A stretch of 63,477 bases of DNA, counting the filler, from Hyphochytrium catenoides (lineage: Eukaryota; Protista; Hyphochytriomycota), in NCBI GenBank assembly GCA_900088475.1. It is 11 parts of 11 records of this genome, joined end to end, with 100 filler letters (N's around TTAATTAATTAA, not from the genome) between each part and the next. Parts side by side here need not be neighbours in the genome. Positions count along the whole stretch, not along the records: positions 1 to 2,190 come from FLMG01000530.1; positions 2,291 to 5,337 come from FLMG01002163.1; positions 5,438 to 7,754 come from FLMG01003414.1; positions 7,855 to 11,406 come from FLMG01002905.1; positions 11,507 to 16,594 come from FLMG01002546.1; 6 more parts are not named here. The stretch is one strand, 5' to 3'. A program made the position numbers and the translations under genes. Numbering within the stretch: position 1 is the stretch's first letter; each line of letters starts with the position of its first letter. Positions 1 through 12,304 of the stretch are shown here, one piece after another. Below the pieces are notes generated by a model. The model saw nothing but the letters and a program-made list of their open reading frames with translations, made no database searches and was not told the DNA's origin.

Positions 1-1669
1 GGGCCTGCTTCAAGACCCAGAAAAAGCAGCTCGCATGGATCTCCTTTCGACGGAGTCCTTCGACTCTATTATAGGTTCTAAGAAGACCAGGAAGCGACCA
101 AAGCTGGGGGCATCTGACCTGGAATCTCTGCTGAACCGCGTCAAAGACTCGACAGACCAATATGAGAAGAGCACTCATAAGGACAGCAACATTGAAAAGG
201 TTGAAGACTTTAGAGACGAGGCGAGACACGATATCTTCGAGAAGGGCACGTCAAAGCGCATTTGGGCAGAACTCTATAAAGTGCTGGACTGCTCTGACAT
301 CGTCATCCACGTCCTCGACGCACGAAATGTACCGGGTACAAGGTGCCAGCAGATTGAGAAGCATCTAAAGAACAATGCGCCACATAAGCAGCTAATCTTT
401 GTCATCAACAAATGTGACCTGGTCCCCAACTGGGTGACCAAGAAGTGGGTTAGGCTTCTATCGAAAACGGTGAGTTGGGAAGCTGAGCTGCTTCTGGCTC
501 TCTACTATCTGCTTTACTGCGCTAACCCATAGTGATCTCTCTTGGCACTCTTGCTTTCAATCGCTCTCTCCCTATCACTTTACCGCCGTGTAGTGGCAGC
601 CGTACCTGTGTCTGTCCTTACATTATCCACTGTGTTTGCGCTAGTGAGCTTTGAAGGATTTATGCACGTTCACCGGCAATGGCTAATCATTCAATCAATC
701 TGATGCAGGTGCCTACTCTTGCTTTTCATGCAAGCCTTGGCAATTCCTTTGGCAAGGGTGCTCTAATCAATCTGCTTCGGCAGTTCTCCCAGCTCCATGC
801 CGACAAAAAGCAAATCAGTGTCGGCTTTATCGGATACCCTAACGTGGGAAAGAGTTCGGTTATCAACACACTGAAGAAGAAGAAAGTGTGCAACGTTGCT
901 CCCATCCCCGGGGAGACCAAGGTATAGTCGAGCATCCTTAGACTGGTTCTAGATCTTTGGTTTGGTTAGGACATCTGCTTGCTAATCACCTGATTATGCT
1001 CCGAGTCTTCCAGTTACATATCTATAGCATTGCCGCTCCATGCTCTATCTTTTTGGGCCCCGAATCAGATAGCTCACCGTAGTCTTTGCTGCCCCATGAT
1101 CCCAGGTCTGGCAATATATTACGCTTATGCGTAGAATATTCTTGATTGACTGTCCGGGCGTGGTCTACGACGCTGGGGACACGGAGACAGAAATTGTGCT
1201 GAAAGGAGTGGTGCGGGCGGAGCGCCTGCCAGATCCAACGGATTTTGTGTCTGCCATTCTTGAGAAAGTCAAGCCAGAGTACTTGAGGCGGTACTACGGC
1301 GTGACTGAGTGGAAGGACCATTGGGATTTCATGACGCAAGTAGCGCAGAAGACGGGAAAGCTCTTCAAGGGAGCAGAGCCAGACTTCGCTAATGTTGCGG
1401 TACAGATGATCAACGACTTTCAGAGAGGCAAGCTGCCACACTTTGTTGCACCGCCGCTTGATGAGGGAGAGAAAGAGGAGGAGCTTTCTTATGAACCTGC
1501 GGGAGAAGAGTTGGAAGCACTCAAGGAACTGGCCCCTGATGCAAAGGACGATGACGAGGAAGCGGAGGAAGAAGATGAAGAGAGTGGTAGCGCGGAAGAA
1601 GAGGGCCATTCAGAGGGAGAAGGTCAGGGAGAGGAGAAGAAGCTGGATTGGGATGATCTTGAAACGTAA
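1..1669 (+). CDS. NOG2: Nucleolar GTPase NOG2/GNL2, 5'-partial; exons <1-469, 709-921, 1106-1669
   Basis: Circularly permuted GTPase motifs: [20 protein letters not shown] (G4), GYPNVGKSS (G1), PGETKVWQY (G2, across the 921/1106 splice), LIDCPG (G3). In-frame GT-AG introns at 470-708 and 922-1105; acidic tail. Confidence 0.95.
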
Positions 1670-1946
1670 GCTAACCATACACTATAAATAAAGCTTATAA
1701 AACTCTCGTTCTTGCAATTTTAAACGCGTCAAGAGGACAGCGGTAGAAACTCCTCGAAACCCCGAATTGAGAGGGAGGCGGGATAGCGCAGGCTGAGAGT
1801 ACCGCACTGCGGAGGGCCCGAGACAGGCATGCAGAGGAAGGGAGATGGCTTTGATGGAGAAAGGCGATGACAATCAAGCAACACCCCTGCCAAACGGAGG
1901 AGAGAAGAGAGAGACGCCGCTTATGTTTAAATACACTGTCATCCTT

Positions 1947-2190
1947 TTATTCCGCTTTCCCAAGCCCAACGTCAGGCAACGCCACGACACAGACGCCATT
2001 CTTTGCTTCCTTGATCCTCTCCCAGCGCCCAAGCCTGTGCTCCTGTCCTATGGCGGCCAACATAAATCGACCAGATCTAGCAAACTCTATAGCATTGACG
2101 AATCCTTTCACAGGCACAGAGGCCACATGCTCCATGGTTCGGCCCTCCAGGTCTGCCCTCCAGAGCATTATCTCTCCATTTGAAGAGCCC
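1947..2190 (-). CDS. RRP9: U3 snoRNP WD40 protein RRP9/U3-55K, C-terminal fragment cut by the contig end
   Basis: GFVNAIEF...AAIGQEHRLGRWERIKEAKNGVCVVALP matches the characteristic RRP9 C-terminus (GQEHRLGRW). Confidence 0.85.
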
Positions 2191-2290
2191 NNNNNNNNNN
2201 NNNNNNNNNNNNNNNNNNNNNNNNNNNNNNNNNNTTAATTAATTAANNNNNNNNNNNNNNNNNNNNNNNNNNNNNNNNNNNNNNNNNNNN
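2191..2290. other. Artificial contig-join spacer; identical spacers at 5338-5437, 7755-7854, 11407-11506, 16595-16694, 21084-21183, 28961-29060, 46080-46179, 48353-48452, 51657-51756
   Basis: 44 N + TTAATTAATTAA (stops in all six frames) + 44 N, ten times. Plain N gaps without the linker (8442-8540, 8921-8973, 12450-12529, 29275-29318, 29619-29663) look like within-scaffold gaps. Confidence 0.98.
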
Positions 2291-5209
2291 GACAATCCAG
2301 CAGCTGTACGGCATCTCGCAGCGCTGAAGAATGACAACCTAATTGAAAAGTGAAGTTGAGAGGAACCTTGACAACATTGTGGGGGCATCCTAGGCTTGTA
2401 CAAAGCTCATCCTTTCCTCCAACAGATTCCAAACCCATCCATGCCCCAGAGCCTAACGGTGGGCAAGCATCTAGCACTGAGTTGCTTGAATATCCTTTCT
2501 TCTTGGCCTCTTGAAAAGGTTCTTTCCTTGCTCCTAGTCCGTCTCCCATTCACTGCCTCTCTTGGGCCACTTACCGCCATAACTGACCAGCAACGCGCTA
2601 GGAGGGCGCTGGTGCTCGGCGGAGAGTCTGTCGATCAAGTTCCCTTCGTGGTTGCTACTCATAATCTCTACCTCATCAAACGCGAGACGCTTGCCCACAG
2701 CCTTGAGATGCTTAATGACAACAGCCTCCTTCGTCTTGGTCCTGCATGGCGGGAAGAAGACATATGACATATAGAAAGGCCCTAGAGCTAAAGACGCGAT
2801 GGCGCCTTGAAAGCGTAGGCAGGTGCCACCTCCCTGGAGACTGCTCTGATCATCTTTCTCTCTTCCTATATCTATAGCAGCTCTTACAGTTTCTCTCCAA
2901 CTTTACTTCATCTTGTGAGGCACCCCTTCGTTTACGCTGTCGGTCCCCCTCATACTCTTGTCTGCGCCATCCTTCCTCTCCTGTCTAACCCTGTCCGTTG
3001 CTTGCCTACTATCAGCAAGGTACTTGCAACCATGAACAGGGGAGGGGCTTTGGCAGAGAGAAGAGGCGTTTGTGTCGTACCCTTGTAGCTCGCCTCCGAA
3101 GAAGACGTTTGCGCCATTAAGGATGAGAACTCGGCCGCGCGTTCCTCTTCTCTCCTCTCTCTCTTTCTCAGCTTCTCCATCGTGGTCCTCCATTGTTGAG
3201 CGATCTGGCCCTTCGTCCGTAGGTGGACCCTTGCTATCATGGTCACCTCTAATCAGGGTGCCTAACTTTTCAGCTCCCTTTTGCCCAGGACCTGGTCTGA
3301 GCTGATCGTCAAGCTCACTAGAGTTTAAGGAGCCGAAGAAGCTCTCCATCTCTATTGTCAGTGAGACGTCATCGTCAGCCAGACAGGGCGGAATATACGG
3401 ATAAAACAGAGTAGTTGAAAGTTGTACCACTGTTAAGCTCGTCTACGGCCTTCTCATAGCGGCTCACATCTCTCTCCTTCCGTGGCGGGGAAGGGGACAA
3501 GAAGTCATTAAAGAAGCGCTGGATCACGACGCCATTCGCTTTCCGAACATGTCTGGAGAAGGTGGTGCAAAGTTATTGTAGCATCGGCGGGTAAGCAAAC
3601 ATTTGTTGAGAGCACGCGCCGCAGCAGGCGTTTTGCACGCACCTCTGGACCGTGGTGGCTGGCAAAGAAGGTGCCACACTGCTGACTAAGAGCAGCTGTG
3701 CGGCGGACCGCTGGGCTAGCCTCTTAGTCGTGGAGAGTATCACAGTCATCTTCCCCTTTCAGCCATCCGCAGCTTGGCTTCTCTTCTAATGCCTACCTAC
3801 CTACCTTTCCCCTTCCCCGCTCAAGAGAAGCTTGGCATCCTCTTGCAGCTCGCCGTGGAAGGCAGCAAGCAGGCCTGGTCCTAGGCTGTTCCTGTCCTCA
3901 GCACGCTGGATAATTGCTCTCAATAGAGCTTTTGAAAAGGAGCCCGAATAGCCCTTATATAAAAAAGAGGCACCGAGAATTAGCGATTTGCCAGATGTAA
4001 GATTAACAAAGTATTGGGTGAAAGGAAAGCGAAGTGCCGAAGGTAAAGATGAAGGTAAAGTAGCTGCTCTCATACGAAAAGATAATTCTTCAGCATAACT
4101 AGCGCAGATGCAGGAGCAGCAGCAGATCTCCTACCACCAGCTAGCGAAGGAAGCACCGGAGGCTGCAGCAGCCGACGTAGTGATGGCACAGCAGCGAAGA
4201 ACGACAAGAAGAAGAGCTTTATAAGATCCATTCTGTTGACAGACCTCCCTCCATCATCACCCCCACCGTCTGTATGGTGCCTAGAGCGACTACTACTGTC
4301 GATATACAGAGAAGAGAACAGCAAAAAGGAAGAGTCCCAGTGCGACGACTTAATGCAGACGCTTGGAGCGGTGCTTGGTCCACTACCATACGACAGAGTA
4401 CATGGTAGGCAAGGAGGGAAGAAAGGGCAAAGGAACACCTGCTTGAAGAGAGAGTCAGGGGTTGTTAGTGCAAGATGCCTCGTTGATCTAAGAACAGACC
4501 GAGAGCAGGAGCCGAAAATCTAGTGGACGCGTTAGCCAAAAGATAGAGCAAACGGGCGGGTCCTTATCCTCTCCTGTCACTTAAGGAACGGGCTCTATAG
4601 AACAAATTTAGACGCTTTGCTGCCTGTTTCCCGGTGACTACAGAGGAAGTGCTCTCTTTTTTTGCTTTCACTCTGATCTGTCCTCCGCCGCACTGAGGAC
4701 ATCTCTATAATGAATTGAAAAAGCCACTCTCTCCTCGAGCACTTCTCCTGCTCTTCTCTCGTCTCATCTGCTACTTAGCTCCCCTTTTCACCCGGGAGAG
4801 ACATGCGTCTTATTGTCCAATGTATGATGAGTAAGAGCTTCTACGGCTAGTTATTGATTAGAAAGTAGTATCGCAAGGGCGAGAAGAGAGAAGCTGAAGA
4901 ACGTCTCACAGCGGCTACATTGGATACGCTTTGTGCTCATCTTGCTAGTCAGCCAAAGAATAGGAAGCGCAAGAGGTAGGATGCATACAGAGGTAAGGCT
5001 CAGTAGGTAATGAGGCTCACCATCCCTACCAATATGCCATTCAGAACAGCCGACGGGCCGTCTGGGCCATTGGATCAGAAGGATAGACGTTGGATGCTGC
5101 TAGATACACCGTCGTATAATAGAACAGTGGCGCAAAGTCGATAGTCCTCGGTGTGGGTTCTGGGATAAGGGTGCCGACACAACCAACTTCATCTTCTGTG
5201 CCGAGGAGG

Positions 5210-5337
5210 TCATGGGGCACTGGTAGGAGCGTCCGTGGGAGCTTCTGTCGGTGCCTCAGTGGGAGCATCTGTCGGTGCGTCAGTGGGAGCATCTGTTGGT
5301 GCGTCAGTGGGAGCATCTGTCGGTGCCTCAGTGGGAG
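5210..5337 (-). repeat. 12/24-bp coding tandem repeat, probably the 3' end of a mucin-like Pro/Thr-rich protein
   Basis: Minus strand reads PTEAPTDAPTDAPTDAPTDAPTDAPTEAPTEAPTDAPTSAP then TGA at 5210-5212; runs off the contig. Confidence 0.7.
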
Positions 5338-5437
5338 NNNNNNNNNNNNNNNNNNNNNNNNNNNNNNNNNNNNNNNNNNNNTTAATTAATTAANNNNNNN
5401 NNNNNNNNNNNNNNNNNNNNNNNNNNNNNNNNNNNNN

Positions 5438-7754
5438 AAAATGCGAGAGAAGCAACACGAGGGAGAGAGGTACACTTAGCTAAAGGGCTAGAGAAGATGT
5501 GTGCTTGGGAGAGAGAAAAGAGAAAAGAGGGGAGAGAGTGTGAGAGAGAAAGAGATAGACAGGCAGTGTACGTTCGACTGGAACAATCGTAACAGAGAAG
5601 AAGGAAAGTGAATTGTAGATGGTAAGCAGGTGAGGCTGGAAAAGAAAAGATGGGCTTGAATAGGATAATAGAGAATAGTATAAGGTCCAACCTGGATAGT
5701 GCTTGTTGAAGCTCTCACTGAGCATTTCATATCTATCATAGAAGGTGAGAACCTGCTCGTCGTTTGTATGATCAAGAAGGAACGGGACTCTTTCAATCAG
5801 AGAGGATCGAGATTGAGAGAACAGAGGCGACGTGTCCAAATAGATCCCTAAGAGATGAAAGAAAACGGCAGTGATTAGACGGGACGGAGAGATGATAGCA
5901 GCCTCCATTTTTCGTAGATCTCAGAGTATCTGAGAGGAAAGACCACCCATCCTAGACAGAAGACAAAAGGACCAAGGAAGGACCGTAACGGGCCATCTCG
6001 TCTTCGGAGAGGAGAGGCAAGACAGGAGGAAGACAAAGGACTGGAAGTAAAGAACTTTGAAAAGCGATGGAAGCCTTGATCCGCCAGTCACAATTTCGAG
6101 CAAGCAGGAGAAGAAAGAGAGACACTCGTAAGGGGAGAGCAAGAGAGAGCGGAAGAGAGTGAGTCAGGGGCAAGCCACCAAGACAAGGGTATACAACGGG
6201 CGGTCAAGTTTACCCTGTAACTCATAGGCAATGACTTGAGAAGTGAGCTGCATAAAATGCTCCGCATACTGGAACTGCACCGACTGGCCTTGGATAGTGT
6301 AACTACGAGAGATCAATAGAGATAGAGGAGAACAAGAGGAAATGTGAGGAGGAGGAGTGAGGGGCTGACTATGGCTGGTGAGAGATTTTTGTGGAGCACT
6401 GTTCACCTTATTTGTATCTGTCCTCTGGGCCCATCATCTGGCGCTGCCGCGTTTACGAGTGAGCGTAGCTGCTGCTCAAAACTCTCTAGATCAGCATGGC
6501 TACCGATCCTCTGCCTTATTGGCTCGCATAGGTAGGTAACTGAGAGAAAAAGAGAGATGAGATAGTAGAGTAAGAGAAGACATCCAAGAATGAATGGTAG
6601 GAAAGGATAAGCCATCACCGAAATAAAGGCTTTCAGGAGTAAACAGGGACAGACTAAAGGTCCCTGGCGAAGTCGCATAGTACAAGCGTAACTGAAGAGT
6701 CTGCTAGGTGACGATAGAAATTGTCGGAGTTTGAAATGGCAAGAAGAAGGCAGATAAAGGAAGTTGATGTGCCAAAGAGTTATGTACCTAAGTCCTCTGG
6801 AGCTAGGCTCGCCTGTACTCTTAGTCTGAAGGTCCGCCTAAACGTTGAGTCCAGAAAGTCTGAGAAGAAGTTGATGTTGGCTGCTAGTCTGCCCGCAGAT
6901 TGGCCCTTATACTATTATGGAGAGGGAGCAAGATAGAAAGTTCAGGCGATATAAAAGGCGTTGCGTCTCATTGAAGGGAGTTAAAGGGAAGAGAGATAGC
7001 CTTGAGAGGTGTAGAGCAGAATCATCCTCGGAACTCAGAACAGACGTGTGCACAGTAGAAGAGTTTGAGCCTAAGTGTTTCTCATCTCAGCTGGGAGAAG
7101 GAGGGCTTACCCCAGACAAAGCTTGCCCGCACCCTTCACCGTCAACATAGAGGCCCAGCGCATATACATATCCTACAGAGCAAAGCACTTAGAGCAAGCC
7201 AGGCGAGAGTGAACTCATAAAAGCTATCTGGATAGTTGCCAACGTGGTTCTGTTTCCCTCTGCTTGCTATCTTAACCCAGCGTAGCCTATTTCCTTCTTC
7301 TTGGCAAGACCATATCCGCTATCTTACCTGACTGGTCCGGTAGAGGCCTAGCCCAGACTCCAATCAGAACATCGCCAAGCGGAAGGTTTCCCTCGAACTG
7401 CTCCAATGTCCTGGGCTCGACCATAGGTGCGAAAGTACCCTTGCGTAGAGAGAGCGGGTCAGCAGGTAAGAGAGACTGACCCAGAAGAGGAAATGCATAG
7501 GACCAGAAAAGGAGACGGCGTGCGACCCAGAAGACAAGTGTTAGGCGAGACAAAGCCAGAGAGAATGAGAGCAAACAAGGAAAGCCAGAAGCTCTTACCT
7601 CCATATGAACAGACAATCTCCTTCCTCGGTTAGCCCCAGGAGTAGACCTTCCAGCGCTTTCCTCTTCTTCATCATCGTCTTCCTCTTCATCCCCTTCCCC
7701 TTCTCCATCTCCTTCCTCTTCGTCTTCCTCTGTGTTTAGTGCACAGGAAGCACC
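5438..7754 (-). CDS. Intron-rich partial gene with a chalcone-isomerase-fold (CHI/FAP-like) domain after an acidic linker
   Basis: Spliced exons give LIGVWAR...GYVYALGLYVD...YKGQSAGRLAANINFFSDFLDSTFRRTFRLRV...EPIRQRIG...YTIQGQSV...GIYLDTSPLFSQSRSSL, the motif order of CHI-fold proteins. Some exon boundaries are uncertain. Confidence 0.6.
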
Positions 7755-7854
7755 NNNNNNNNNNNNNNNNNNNNNNNNNNNNNNNNNNNNNNNNNNNNTT
7801 AATTAATTAANNNNNNNNNNNNNNNNNNNNNNNNNNNNNNNNNNNNNNNNNNNN

Positions 7855-10800
7855 ATACCAGGGATTTTCCCCTCTGCGTCGTCCGCTGTACACTTTTTGG
7901 TATCATCGTCGATCACATTTCAACAGAGAGCATCAAGACGATGACAGAACAAGAAAGGCATTTATGGAGCAAGGCGTCGTGGAAAGCAACCCAAACCAAT
8001 GGATTCCTGACTCTGGAGCGACTCATCATATGTGTAAGGACAGAAGTGCCTTTGTGACCTTTATCACCGAAAATGATGAGGTTGAAGTAGCTGGAGGCCA
8101 AAAGCTACGCTCTATGGGGCATGGAACCATCCACATTGACATGATCGTTGATGGAGTTGTGAAGCCATGCTCACTGCAACACGTGCTATTTCTGCCGGAC
8201 TTGTGCAGCAACCTGTTCTCTGTTCAACAGGCCTCGAGCCGAGGAGCAGAGACCTCATTCAAGAGAGGCTCCTGTATCATAAAGGATGCTACAACTCAAG
8301 AGGAGTACGGTGAAGGTTATAGGAAGAATGGTCTCTACTACCTGAAAGCTACTATGCCTAAGGACAAGAAAAGCGCTCACCTAACAACGAAAGGCCAGAA
8401 GAGAACGATAGCTGCTTATTATGGCATCGAAGGCTAGGTCANNNNNNNNNNNNNNNNNNNNNNNNNNNNNNNNNNNNNNNNNNNNNNNNNNNNNNNNNNN
8501 NNNNNNNNNNNNNNNNNNNNNNNNNNNNNNNNNNNNNNNNAAAACGAACAGAAGAAACGTCTCAAGAGCTTGAGGACTGACAACGGCGGGGAGTACACGT
8601 CTAACGAACTCGACGATTGGCTAGCTGAACAGGGCATTCTCCACGAAACCATAGTACTTGAAAATCCCCATCAAAATGGCATTGCCGAACGTTACAACAG
8701 AACTCTTGTGGGGATGATTAGGGCGATGCTCAAAACTTCAGCGATGCCAAAACAGTACTGGGCAGAAGCCCTTAACTGCGCGGTCTATCTTATCAACAGA
8801 CTCAAACCGGCAGCACTTGATGGAATGGTCCCCTGGAGGCCTGGACAGGCCATCGACCTTTGGCTGTCTTGCCTTTGCACGTGTACCAGAAAGCAAAAGG
8901 AGGAAGCTGGATGACAAAGCNNNNNNNNNNNNNNNNNNNNNNNNNNNNNNNNNNNNNNNNNNNNNNNNNNNNNCTTTAAGGAAGATGTCTTCCCGTTTAA
9001 AGGCAAGGAGGGGATGCAGGAGACTGATGCAGGAAGCTTAGAAGATGGTTATAACCTAGAAGAAATTGTTCTTCTTGAAGACTGTAGCAGGGTTAGCTAC
9101 AACGAAGGCATGGAAGGACCTCAACAAGAGGAATTGGCTAATGAGGCAACTGCCGTTGATGACACTGAAGACTTCAACAGTCCCGATGATGAAGAAGAAG
9201 GATCTGGTTTGCGGCGCTCCAGTCGAAATTGAAAGCCCGTTGATCATGGTCCTTACATTGCTCACGTAGCCATGGTATCTAACTCTTCTCTGGGTGAACC
9301 TGGGACTTACAGTGAAGCTCTTGGTTCTCCTGAGGCCAAACAGTGGCAACTAGCTATGGACGCAGACCTTGATTCTTTACAAAAGAATGAAACCTGGGAT
9401 TTGGTAGAACTTCCTGTTGGTCGGACAGCCATATCCAACAAGTGGGTGTACAAGAAGAAGCTTAATCCCGACGGAAGCATTGAGCGGTACAAAGCGCGCC
9501 TGGTAGCAAAAGGGTTTTCTCAAAAAGCTGGCATTAACTACACCGAAACGTTTTCACCAGTAGTCAACTTGTTACGGTTCGCTGCTTGCTTGCCATAGCA
9601 GCAATGAGGAACTTAAAATTTCACCAGATGGATATTACTACTGCTTTCCTTTACGGAGATCTCCATGAGGAAATCTACATGAAGTTACCGGAAGGATACA
9701 CTGTACCTGGGATGGAAGGGAAAGTATGTAGACTCAGAAAGAGTCTTTATGGATTAAAGCAGGCACCGCGACAGTGGAACGAAAAGCTGGACAGTATTTT
9801 GAAGTCTCGTGGTCTCTCACCAAGTGAAGGGGATTCGTGTTTGTACTGCAGAGTGGAAAACGGACTCGAGCTGTATGTCGCAGTCCTTGTGGATGATATG
9901 GTCATTGCTTCTAACGACTTGATGGAGATAACTGAACGGAAGAGCCAACTGAACTGCGCTTTGAACTAAAGGATATGGGAGAACTGTGATACTTTCTTGG
10001 GATAGAGATAACGCGGTGTAGGTCTGCTCGGAGCCTGACTCTATCACAACGGAAATTTACTCTGGATGTGCTTGCACGCTTTGGAATGATGGGATTGCAA
10101 CCCTGTCTCCACGCCTTTGAACCCTGTGAACCACTCTCTGCGAAAGACAGTCCTGTGTTGCAGAAAAAGAAGAAATGGAGTCATTTCCGTACAGGGCCTT
10201 AGTAGGATCTCTGATGTATCTTATGGTCACAACAAGACCTGACCTTGCTTACGCCGTAAGCATGATCAGTAGGTACATGGACAATCCTGGTAGAGTACAC
10301 TGGAGAGCTGCAAAGTGGATCTTACGGTATTTGAAAGGTACACAGGGCTACGCCCTGACCTTTACTGGAGGGAGCGCACATAAAGGACTCTATGGGTATA
10401 TTGACTCGGATTGGGCAGGAGATCTAGACCAAAGGAAATCTACGTATGGCTTCCTGTTCTTACTTGGTGGAAATGTGGTGATGTGGGCCTCTAAGAGACA
10501 AAAATCTGTGGCCTTATCTAGTACAGAAGCAGAGTTTATTGGCGCTAGTGAAGCTGCACGGGAACTTCTCTGGCTCAAAAAAAATCGGAGAGACTCTAGG
10601 GGTCAGTCAGGAAGCACCGTTGATTCTTCATGAGGACAACCAAGGAGCGATATCCCTTGCTGCAGAAGAAAGTCACAAGAATCGAACCAAGCATCTTGAC
10701 GTTCGTTACAACTTCATCCGTGACTGCGTAAGAGCTGGGTTGATGAAGCTTCATTATTGTCGCACCGCAGACATGATCGCCGACATGCTCACAAGGACTG

Positions 10801-10870
10801 TTTCCAGAGCTGTGCTCCGACGACACTGTCAGGCAATCAATCTTGGAAACCTCTGATTGCGAGGAGGGGT
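7855..10870 (+). mobile_element. Ty1/Copia LTR retrotransposon pol region, frameshifted
   Basis: Copia domain order: protease WIPDSGATHHMC; integrase RTDNGGEY, QNGIAERYNRTL; RT YKARLVAKGFSQ, QMDITTAFL, SLYGLKQAPRQW, LVDD; RNase H DSDWAGD, KHLDVRYNFIRD. Purine tract GAGGAGGGG at 10861-10869 just after the stop at 10856. Confidence 0.95.
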
Positions 10871-11138
10871 TTGTAACTATTTTCACAAACAGAGGTTTCC
10901 GTGGTACTTTATTTAGGCGACTAAGTCTGATCTGGGAAGCAGGATCAGAACTTCACTGCCTACCCAACCTCAGAGCAGTATACTCAGTCTTGGTTAGTTA
11001 AAGAGCAGTCCATCCATCTCTCAGATAGGGGACTACCCACCTCTCCAACAATGGACCCTAGGCTAAAGTATTCCAAGAGCATGACTGAGAGCCCACCCAG
11101 ACTGTGACAATGTAGGCAAGGATACCAACGAGAAGAAG

Positions 11139-11406
11139 TGTTATAATGTATGGGATTTGAAGACACTCTTATGTAGGTTATGTGGTCTACTGATATGCTC
11201 AAAGTGAGTATGAAGAGCTTATGGGACCCTGTTTCCTAGTTATCACGTTGTCTAGTTCTTCTGCAGAGTAACTGTGTCTCGTATAAACTACTAGACCCAG
11301 TTACTACTTCTTGACGTCATATGATGACTTACCTGATGATAATAACCTAGTCATCATTGTTATAATGTATGGGATTTGAAGACACTCTTAGTTAGGTTAT
11401 GTGGTC
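11139..11406. repeat. Direct repeat with 219-bp spacing downstream of the Copia PPT (LTR-internal repeat or satellite)
   Basis: TGTTATAATGTATGGGATTTGAAGACACTCTTA..TAGGTTATGTGGTC at 11139 and 11358; second copy cut by the contig end. Confidence 0.8.
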
Positions 11407-11761
11407 NNNNNNNNNNNNNNNNNNNNNNNNNNNNNNNNNNNNNNNNNNNNTTAATTAATTAANNNNNNNNNNNNNNNNNNNNNNNNNNNNNNNNNNNNNN
11501 NNNNNNTGAAATTGAAATGTCCTGAAATACACAATGCACTCGCTTCCCCACGTCAAATAACCCCTTGGCACCAAATCTCAGGTTTTTTCGCTTAAAATTG
11601 ACGTGCCAAATCCCAGGTGAACAACTCTTTGGGGTTTAGAGCCGGGCAAGCTCGTACTGTACTTATTAACCAGCCACTCTGCCACTATAGAACTACTGAC
11701 AAGGACCCGCAAGAAGGCAAGACGCCACTTGGCTGAGGAACTGATCTTGTTTTCTTGCTAA

Positions 11762-11859
11762 ATTCACTCCTAGGAGTACTACTTGACCGACCGGATTAGT
11801 TGACCGACCGGATTATCTCATAAAGCCGTAGAATAAAAGCTTTAGTCCTAGGAGTGAAT
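11762..11859. repeat. 98-bp unit with perfect 14-bp inverted ends and an internal 17-bp tandem duplication
   Basis: ATTCACTCCTAGGA (11762-11775) and TCCTAGGAGTGAAT (11846-11859); TTGACCGACCGGATTA(G) twice at 11783-11815. Confidence 0.75.
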
Positions 11860-12266
11860 AAGGAAATCATCATTCAGTTCTAAGAAGAAGAAGAGAGAGA
11901 GAGAGAGAGAGACAGAGGCCGAAGAACTGATCTTCTTTTTCCCTCCTAGAAGTACACAGAAAACCCGCCCTTGTTCTACCTTTCTATCTCTAGTTCTACC
12001 TCCCCCTCTGTCTCTCTCTCTCTCTCTCCTTCTCTCTTCTTCTCTCAAGGGGCAGCTAAACAGAGGCATTCCTAGACTACGATGTACTGACAAGAAGAAG
12101 GAGGACACGCGCCGCTGGTGGAACTGGTATATTATTATTCATCACTCGTCCAACAATAAGATGAAGCTTTCCTAGGTAAAACAGTACGGTTCGAGGAAAG
12201 CCAGCTCTTTCTCTAGCTCTCTCCTATCATCTGCCTTTCGTCTGTCGGTCTTCTGTCTGTCTTCTG

Positions 12267-12304
<38 letters not shown>

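Noticed and set aside
1022-1609. Antisense and alternate-frame ORFs over real genes (also 13773-14303, 31545-32015, 61531-62418)
   Set aside because: Shadows of recognised CDSs with no independent motifs.
2235-2246. Recurring TTAATTAATTAA palindrome as a biological motif
   Set aside because: Always centred in exactly 44+44 N; it is a six-frame-stop assembly linker.
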